Source of the DNA: a virus
Taxonomy: Duplodnaviria > Caudoviricetes
Reading direction: 5' to 3' (one strand)
IMG/VR virus record: IMGVR_UViG_3300007214_000006
DNA: 64,000 nucleotides
Of this stretch, positions 57,425-64,000 are shown piece by piece. The position numbers and the translations under genes are program-made. Below the pieces are notes generated by a model. It saw only the letters and a program-made list of their open reading frames with translations. It did not search any database and had not been told where the DNA came from. Numbering within the stretch: position 1 is the first letter of the stretch; the number at the start of each line of letters is the position of its first letter.

Positions 57425-57946
57425 CTAGCAGTTTCCGCAGGATATTGTGATTGTTCGACTTGTAAGTTCTATTAACTCAGAAGATGAATTGTAGTTTAAT
57501 ATTTTAAACTTTAATATGGTTAAGTTTTTAGCTCCTGAAATACTCAATGTAACTGGTATAACCGCCTCTTTTAAAGGGATAACGTTATTTGTTGAAGTAT
57601 CTGTATAATCATATTCTGTATATATGGGCGTATTAATAGTATAAGTAACATCATTACCACTTAGATCCTCAAGTTCAAAAATATAATTACCATCTATAGT
57701 TAAATCTATAACTTTGACATTTAATATATCCCCATTGCAACAAAAATTATTTATTGCATCAAAAGTAATACCAGGTATTTTACTAAAACATACTTGTTTA
57801 CCTACGAATTCCACAATGGATCCGTTAACTAATTTTGTATATAATTTTCCAGTTACCGCATTTATTGCTATTTCTCCAACAATAAGCTGATCTGAATGTG
57901 GTGGATTAGTTGTTTTTTGATCATTCTTTAGTCTTAAGACGCCCAT
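57425..57946 (-). CDS. Small protein with a tail-fibre/Mtd N-terminal-like module
   Basis: SD AAGGAG; LRLKN...PPHSDQLIVGEIAINAVTGKLYTK. Confidence 0.7.
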   Translation of the reverse strand: MGVLRLKNDQKTTNPPHSDQLIVGEIAINAVTGKLYTKLVNGSIVEFVGKQVCFSKIPGITFDAINNFCCNGDILNVKVIDLTIDGNYIFELEDLSGNDVTYTINTPIYTEYDYTDTSTNNVIPLKEAVIPVTLSISGAKNLTILKFKILNYNSSSELIELTSRTITISCGNC

Positions 57947-57964
57947 AAATATATATTCTCCTTA

Positions 57965-60900
57965 TTAATAACATACCCCAGTAAACATCATTCCCAATCC
58001 GCTAGGCCCTCCACTAAAATCAAAAGAATCTGATCCAAAAGTTGGTGAAGGGTCGGTCTGTGTTGACCTAGGATCTCCATCTGTTCCGACGCTTCTCAGT
58101 TCTGATGGCTCGCTGCTTCCGTAGCTATTTATAGCTACAATTTTAAAGAAATATGTATTATTTTCTGAAATATTACTAATGAGTAAATTTGTCGCTGTTG
58201 GACTTACAGAACCATTGTATGTAATCCAAGAAAATTGGCCTATTGGTGTGATGCCATCATCGGGCCAATAATAGACAATATATCCATCTCTAGGAGCCAA
58301 ACCATCACTAATAGGAGCAGTCCATGACAATAATGCGTCATACTGATTTCTTACAATAGACAACGATTGCGGCTTACCAGGAACATCGCTAGATGGAGTT
58401 ACCAAAGGAGTAGGATCACTAGGCTGAGATTTGCCTACAACGCTAATTGCTATGACTCTAAATTTATATGATGTCGTCGAAAACAGATTGCCTATATATC
58501 TATAGGTAGCTGGATCCGCAACCAAAGGTAATCCGTCACTGGTTATTTGTTCACTTTCTAATGGAAGCCAGTCCTCTGCTATATCAGAATAATATTCTAT
58601 TAGATAAGCATAAATTGGTTTTCCTCCATCGTTTTCTGGAGCTTGCCATTCTAGAACTATCGCATTGTATTTGGGTGTTGCAACTACATTTGTGGGCTGA
58701 CCGGGAAGCTCTGGATTCGGCGGAGGAATAAGGGAAACTATCTGTCCCAAAGTATTTATCGTTAATGGATAATTAGGCACATATAGTTTTTTGTTTATCG
58801 ATTCTTCATATGGCACAGGAATCGCTCCATCCCAAACAGGATTAAGTACCAATTCATTGGTTATAACACCTTTACTATATGTATAACCATCTACACTTAG
58901 GTCCGCATAATTCGATAGAGGTAAATTACCACTAACCAATACTCCTGTGGAACTAATTTCTAATCCGTATTCTTTTTCTAGCGCTAGATTCTCTTCTGGT
59001 GTAGAAGCGTAAGATATAATACCCTCATAAACCCCACTAAGCGATGTGATAGCGTAAGGATTATTTCTATTTATAGTAATCTTTGGTTTTATGTCTAATT
59101 GTATTCCGGTTGCTCTAACAATCTGTTGATTTTGTACTATATCTGTTTTTCTAAAAATTCCACTCTCCAAAGATCCTAAAACACTATTTGGAATAGAAGC
59201 ATGTACTCTAAAAGCTGGAACCAAACCAGAAGGTACGCCATTTTCATTTGTTCCAAACCATTCTGGTTCGTATCTAGTAAATAATGTTTTTCTGTGGCCA
59301 TAAACAATAAAATCAATATCTTCAGCTATTTTATTAAATGTAGTATAAATATTAGGTCTAATACTAATTGTATTAATTGTGCTTGGCTTGAATCTATATT
59401 CACTATCTGTTGATAAACCATCGCATGTAAATCCTTCAACAGCTTCTGGCTCAATCTTCATTTCAAGATAAGCACCCTTTTGTATAGAAAATGCGTAACC
59501 TATATATCTACCATTGTCAACATCTCCTTCTCCTAAAACCAATTGAGACTGAGAATAAAAACTTTCTGGTATAGGAGGACATACAGTAACTATTAGATCG
59601 GCTTCATCAGTAAAGAAATCTTTAGTTCCATCGCTAGCTCTGGCATCTACTAAACTAATATTAGCAACTTTGACATAAAATACTTCTTTATTTTGATTAT
59701 AAATAGCAATAGTCTCATTGTAAGCAAATTCTTGAGATATATCATTTAAGTCTATTGGCCCTGTGCCTCCTTTGGATTCATCCAAAACAATAAATCTAAA
59801 TCTATCTATGTCTCCTTCTGCTTCTATTCCCATAAACTCAATAGCTCTTCTGGGATATCTGGTCCATGTAACACCAGGGGCACTTAGATAATCCGGCTGT
59901 TTCCATAGTGCTGGACCTGTACCGTTATGTGTTAAAATACTGCCACTAAATCCGGGAACTAAAGGTCCAACAAAAATCCTATCGGTATATAATGCTGGTG
60001 GTAGTTCTGGCTCAGTAGAGCTTTGGCCACCAGATGGTTTATATATACCAACTACATAATTACCAAGAGACTGAGCCTGAGATGGGGCTAATCCAATACC
60101 GAACCAATTCGATGCGGTCAAGTATCCTTGAGATGAATTATGTATAATTGCATTTTCTGCTGTGCCATTTAATACTGGATATAATCCTGAGTTATTAACA
60201 GTTCCTCCCGTGCTATCAATTGACGATACTACCATATATTCTGATTTTAAATAATCAGAAGAAATAACTTTGGTATCATTAACTTTGAATAAAAACCCAC
60301 CGCTTGATCCAGGAAACATACCTCCTGGCACAACATTTCCATCAGAACCTAAATATTCGAGCCCGCCACTGGGACTTATTCTAACCCCACCTTTACTGTC
60401 TAATCCTGAGCCTATAAAAATAGATTGGTAAAATTCTGTTCCAGATGGTGTTATATTAACTAAATTTATTGGATTTATTTTATTAATAAATACAGTATTG
60501 CCTGTTGTGGCAAAAACTATACCGGTATTAGATATGACGGTTCCAAATGTTCCAGTAACTAATGCTGTTGGAGATGATTCTACTACGGTATTGTCTCCCC
60601 CAAGTTTAATATGAAAATAATTCCCGGAACTATTAGCAGACAATACTTGGCTATCTGATGGTCCCAAATTTAAGCTGTCTGCATATAGATTTCCTGAAAT
60701 GCTCAAAGCGGATATTAGTCCGCTACCATATTCAAATGGAGCTAATCTATTTACAGTAATTGCTGTTCCGGAGGATGAAATAGTTTCTGTTGGCATAGGA
60801 ACATAATATGCTGCCTTATGCCATTCATTTAAAGATGGTAGCCAATATTTTGGATCTTTTTTCCTTGTTACCGCAATTGTTCCTGCTGATTCACTAATAT

Positions 60901-63868
60901 AATAAGATCCGTCCTCGGTAGTGGTGGATGAAACTAGATCTCCGGTTGGCGCACCATTATTTAACCAATTAATAAACCTTAGTGAACTTAGATAGTTTAT
61001 ATATACTGCTGGCATATTTAACATGCCATCTTTTGTAGAATAACTGAACGGCGTAGTTGAACCATTTCCGGTTCTTAGTATTCCTCCATGTACGCTATTA
61101 GACATTCTAATATCATAAAGACCATTAGCAGCAGCCCCTGTAGCCACAGCATTTAAGAAAGAAACATATTGTTTATTCGTTATCTCTGTTTCAGAGATTG
61201 TATATGGGTAATTTACTGATCCAAGATTATTTTTACTTATAGGTGTTGGTTCGGCTTTGACAGTAAATCTATTATTAAATGATTCTGTAAATAATGGAGA
61301 CGAATCAGATGGATTGTTGGTATTTTCTACAGAAGTGAACTTGAATTGCATAGACTCATTGATGTTAGCATCCATAAATCCAGCTTTTGAGCATATTCTA
61401 AATCCAACATCATCAAAACCCGACAATCTAGGGGTTGGTATATAACCCCTTAAACTATTGACATCAGATGTTCTCCACGATCCTCCGCATATATACTGAT
61501 TAGTATTGATAGAAGATATTTTTTGATCATCTTCTATCCACTCATAAACATTTCCGTTTTGATCATATGTTCCATAAAAACTTTTTCTACCATTGGTTGA
61601 TACAACGCTAACCATTCCAGTCCAATATACGGATCCTGGAGTATAAGCAGCCTCCTGGAAATTCACTGTATTATTTGATCCACCAACTCCATTACCATTC
61701 ACAGAAATTTTAACAGGAATAGGGTCTATCGACGAGCCATCTGCTGATTCTAATTGAGTAGCATATTTATAATATTTACCTGATGGCTGGGTATTGACTG
61801 TTGCTTTAGCAAATATATTTAACGCTGGTATATCGCTAGTTCCATAAATCAAAAAATCTATATTCTTTTTTGTTGTATTAAAAATTGTTGGAATATTTGG
61901 TCTGGTGCTAAGTTGAATTGCAGTAGCATCAGAAACAACACCAGAAGTATACAATTCATTTTTTAATACTCCGCCTCTTGTGATAGAGAATATACTTAAA
62001 TCTCCAGATAGATTAATACTATCCTGAACAACCAATCCAGTAATTTCATCATTTGTAACAAAAATATCTTCTATTGTGTTGTATAATATACTATTATCAG
62101 AAGTGTTATTTATTGCTATTTGATCTCCAATAACAAATTCTTCTATTGGGGCTGGGGTTATAAGGTCTATTTCTTTAGTAGTTTTACCTATGCAAACTTG
62201 ACCGGATCTACTTGGATATCTAGTCCAGGATAAGTCTTTTCCACCTAGTCGAGGATTACCTGTTTCATATGGCCATAAATCAGAAATATTTAATTGAGAA
62301 ACTACTGTACCGCCATCAGTGGTTGTTAATATTTTTCCTGCGCTCTGATTGCCCAAACCTGGAATTTTGAAGCCTGTTGTTGCAATAATTCTTTGAGAAG
62401 AATCTAAACATAATAATTGATTTGTTTGATTAATATATGGCAATCTTAATGATGTTAAAACGGATACTACACCAGTTGTAACTATATTAGAGGCTCTTAT
62501 CCCGACAGACGAATCATTACCAGTACTTGCTATAGAAATAGAAGAAGACCCTAAAGAAATATTACTGTTGTTAAAACTTATACTATCGCCAGAAGACGAT
62601 ATTTCTAATTTTGCGCCACCATTGGAAATCAATGTTAGATCTGGATCTGTACTAATAGTTGTTTTAGATAGTATTCCATCAGAAACTACAAAATTTATTT
62701 GCCCATCTCCATTTACAACAGATTTAGTATTAGCTTCTATTGATGCATACGAAACTTTATTTCCGCTATTGTTTTTAGCAGAGAAGGAAACCTTGCCAAT
62801 CGTCCTGTTGTCGGCGTTATTTAATGAGTATGGATTTTTATATAAAGCTATGTGGGCGGGAAATTCGCATGAAGATTTATTTTCTAATCTTAGATCTTCA
62901 TTGCATATATTATTTATAATATGAAAAACTGTGGCTGGTTTTATGCCGGATGGCATATTTAATCCAAATCGTCCATCGTGAGTAAAGATCAAATTTCTAG
63001 AAGGATAATTGGGTAAGTTGCCACTGCCATATACTATAAAATTACCTGATTCTTTAGTTTGATTAAATATTGTATCAAAAGATCCAGATGAAGGAATCAC
63101 ATTTTTAGCTAAATTTTCTGTAGAAGAACCAAATAAAATTTTATTATTATTTCCAACATAAGCATTAGCTCCAGCAAAAGAACCCGCATCATTATACTGT
63201 AATGATCTATCATCTCCATGTGGTGTGCTTTGTGCAGAAAACGCTGATTCTGCATCGTAAGATAAAGTGGATGTATTACTATTATTGGTATTCAGTATCA
63301 CCCAATCTTTGCCGGTTGACACAATAGAAGCATAATCATCATTTGATAAAGATAATAAATGGCTGTTCTCATATTTAATAGATAATGATCCCGATCCGAT
63401 AACTTTAAAAAATATTTCTAATCCAATATTATTTTTAGGATTCAATAAGCATGCTTCTATATATCCGGTTGATGTATCAACTATGTAAACTGTCTTTTTG
63501 TTATCAATAGTAAAATTATTATTTTTAACAGAAACATTATTAAATCCTGTATTAAAATTTAATGAATTTACAAACAAATAAAACTGTTTTGTTCCTCTAT
63601 CAGAAAATTGAGTTTGATGATTATTATTTGATGAAGAAACCACCGTTCTATTTGTTATCACTATTGCAGAATCTCTTTTATAAATTTCTCCAGCGCCAAT
63701 TTCCCATTCTATTGTATTTGAATCTATAATATTTCTAGCTAAATATGGTATAGTAGATCCGATATGAGATTCGTTTAGATTGTTATATCCTGGTAATGTA
63801 TTTAATATGACTATATCATTATTATTATTAACAGAAAAAAGACATCCTATATTATCGAATATATGCAT
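57965..63868 (-). CDS. 1967-aa tail-fibre-like protein: fibre modules, circularly permuted FGE-sulfatase domain, two C-terminal FN3 domains
   Basis: EWEIGAG...VVSSSN module; VDTSTG...FKVIG...STGKDWVI; SLQYNDAGSFAG; YDQNGNVYEW/GGSW/GFR then TEITNKQY/LPSLNEWHKAAYY; FN3 PGQP...LEWQAPENDGGKPI.AY.IEY and PGKP...LSWTAP. Confidence 0.85.
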   Translation of the reverse strand: MHIFDNIGCLFSVNNNNDIVILNTLPGYNNLNESHIGSTIPYLARNIIDSNTIEWEIGAGEIYKRDSAIVITNRTVVSSSNNNHQTQFSDRGTKQFYLFVNSLNFNTGFNNVSVKNNNFTIDNKKTVYIVDTSTGYIEACLLNPKNNIGLEIFFKVIGSGSLSIKYENSHLLSLSNDDYASIVSTGKDWVILNTNNSNTSTLSYDAESAFSAQSTPHGDDRSLQYNDAGSFAGANAYVGNNNKILFGSSTENLAKNVIPSSGSFDTIFNQTKESGNFIVYGSGNLPNYPSRNLIFTHDGRFGLNMPSGIKPATVFHIINNICNEDLRLENKSSCEFPAHIALYKNPYSLNNADNRTIGKVSFSAKNNSGNKVSYASIEANTKSVVNGDGQINFVVSDGILSKTTISTDPDLTLISNGGAKLEISSSGDSISFNNSNISLGSSSISIASTGNDSSVGIRASNIVTTGVVSVLTSLRLPYINQTNQLLCLDSSQRIIATTGFKIPGLGNQSAGKILTTTDGGTVVSQLNISDLWPYETGNPRLGGKDLSWTRYPSRSGQVCIGKTTKEIDLITPAPIEEFVIGDQIAINNTSDNSILYNTIEDIFVTNDEITGLVVQDSINLSGDLSIFSITRGGVLKNELYTSGVVSDATAIQLSTRPNIPTIFNTTKKNIDFLIYGTSDIPALNIFAKATVNTQPSGKYYKYATQLESADGSSIDPIPVKISVNGNGVGGSNNTVNFQEAAYTPGSVYWTGMVSVVSTNGRKSFYGTYDQNGNVYEWIEDDQKISSINTNQYICGGSWRTSDVNSLRGYIPTPRLSGFDDVGFRICSKAGFMDANINESMQFKFTSVENTNNPSDSSPLFTESFNNRFTVKAEPTPISKNNLGSVNYPYTISETEITNKQYVSFLNAVATGAAANGLYDIRMSNSVHGGILRTGNGSTTPFSYSTKDGMLNMPAVYINYLSSLRFINWLNNGAPTGDLVSSTTTEDGSYYISESAGTIAVTRKKDPKYWLPSLNEWHKAAYYVPMPTETISSSGTAITVNRLAPFEYGSGLISALSISGNLYADSLNLGPSDSQVLSANSSGNYFHIKLGGDNTVVESSPTALVTGTFGTVISNTGIVFATTGNTVFINKINPINLVNITPSGTEFYQSIFIGSGLDSKGGVRISPSGGLEYLGSDGNVVPGGMFPGSSGGFLFKVNDTKVISSDYLKSEYMVVSSIDSTGGTVNNSGLYPVLNGTAENAIIHNSSQGYLTASNWFGIGLAPSQAQSLGNYVVGIYKPSGGQSSTEPELPPALYTDRIFVGPLVPGFSGSILTHNGTGPALWKQPDYLSAPGVTWTRYPRRAIEFMGIEAEGDIDRFRFIVLDESKGGTGPIDLNDISQEFAYNETIAIYNQNKEVFYVKVANISLVDARASDGTKDFFTDEADLIVTVCPPIPESFYSQSQLVLGEGDVDNGRYIGYAFSIQKGAYLEMKIEPEAVEGFTCDGLSTDSEYRFKPSTINTISIRPNIYTTFNKIAEDIDFIVYGHRKTLFTRYEPEWFGTNENGVPSGLVPAFRVHASIPNSVLGSLESGIFRKTDIVQNQQIVRATGIQLDIKPKITINRNNPYAITSLSGVYEGIISYASTPEENLALEKEYGLEISSTGVLVSGNLPLSNYADLSVDGYTYSKGVITNELVLNPVWDGAIPVPYEESINKKLYVPNYPLTINTLGQIVSLIPPPNPELPGQPTNVVATPKYNAIVLEWQAPENDGGKPIYAYLIEYYSDIAEDWLPLESEQITSDGLPLVADPATYRYIGNLFSTTSYKFRVIAISVVGKSQPSDPTPLVTPSSDVPGKPQSLSIVRNQYDALLSWTAPISDGLAPRDGYIVYYWPDDGITPIGQFSWITYNGSVSPTATNLLISNISENNTYFFKIVAINSYGSSEPSELRSVGTDGDPRSTQTDPSPTFGSDSFDFSGGPSGLGMMFTGVCY

Positions 63869-63880
63869 AGTTTAAAGCTC

Positions 63881-63908
63881 ATTATAAAAGGGTGTTAGGC
63901 TTGATCAA
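63881..63908 (-). promoter_or_regulatory. Possible sigma70-like promoter TTGATC-N16-TATAAT for the 1967-aa gene
   Basis: Minus strand: TATAAT at 63886-63881, TTGATC at 63908-63903; ATG 12 nt downstream. Confidence 0.3.
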
Positions 63909-64000
63909 AAGGATTAATTAGTGGCGCTCCTGCTGTTTGATTTAATGCTGTTAGTTCAGCAAATTTTTCTCTTATAGAATCCATAGCAATATCTTGTAGA
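63895..64000 (-). CDS. 3' end of a gene that begins beyond the window
   Basis: Open frame LQDIAMDSIREKFAELTALNQTAGAPLINPFDQA-TAA. Confidence 0.6.
   Translation of the reverse strand, partial: LQDIAMDSIREKFAELTALNQTAGAPLINPFDQA

Noticed and set aside
57425-61775. Diversity-generating retroelement suggested by the FGE/CLec fold and the Mtd-N-like module
   Set aside because: No reverse transcriptase, Avd or template/variable repeat pair was found in this window; it could only lie elsewhere in the genome.
1-64000. Alternative genetic code (TAG or TGA reassignment) as in some large phages
   Set aside because: Core genes are full length under code 11, and TAA, TAG and TGA all end genes. The only internal stop is a single TAA in dnaE.
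1-64000. Eukaryotic giant virus or cellular chromosome origin
   Set aside because: SD sites, sigma70 promoters, DnaE/DnaB/DnaG/SSB and tail-fibre modules indicate a bacteriophage. There are no ribosomal or housekeeping operons and no NCLDV core genes.
1-64000. tRNA, tmRNA or rRNA genes
   Set aside because: Intergenic gaps are under about 90 nt and AT-rich, with no cloverleaf or T-loop (GTTCRA) context seen.

Overview
A 64-kb, AT-rich (roughly 30% GC by eye), gene-dense segment of a large tailed dsDNA bacteriophage, standard genetic code. It has three blocks. (1) 1-13.9 kb (+): accessory virion and surface genes, including a subtilase carrying a plant-type [2Fe-2S] ferredoxin, a Gln/Tyr-rich collagen fibre, glycosyltransferases, small membrane proteins, a papain-family protease, a YmgE-like protein and an RgpF-like protein. 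(2) 14-40.9 kb (+): nucleotide metabolism (dCMP deaminase, nrdB, nrdA, dUTPase, PhoH, dNMP kinase), replication/recombination (RecA-like, DnaB, primase, PD-(D/E)XK exonuclease, DnaE, DnaQ-like exonuclease, SSB) and an 8-gene sugar-enzyme-like cluster. (3) 40.9-64 kb (-): giant probable tail/virion proteins. The most unusual signals are: (a) DnaE is split into two genes with no intein, with a proofreading exonuclease gene between the halves; (b) its PHP motif H-V-H-S/T-H-Y-S-L-L-D-G is interrupted by an in-frame 9-nt insert containing a TAA stop, downstream of a good SD+ATG; (c) the 1967-aa virion protein carries a circularly permuted FGE-sulfatase/C-type-lectin-fold domain; (d) the subtilase-ferredoxin fusion has a C-terminal module that is duplicated as the next gene; (e) the exonuclease appears to start at AUU; (f) a GGTGTAWWAY motif recurs at gene boundaries. 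No tRNA, CRISPR array, integrase or intein was seen. All family assignments come from motif recognition by eye, not database searches.
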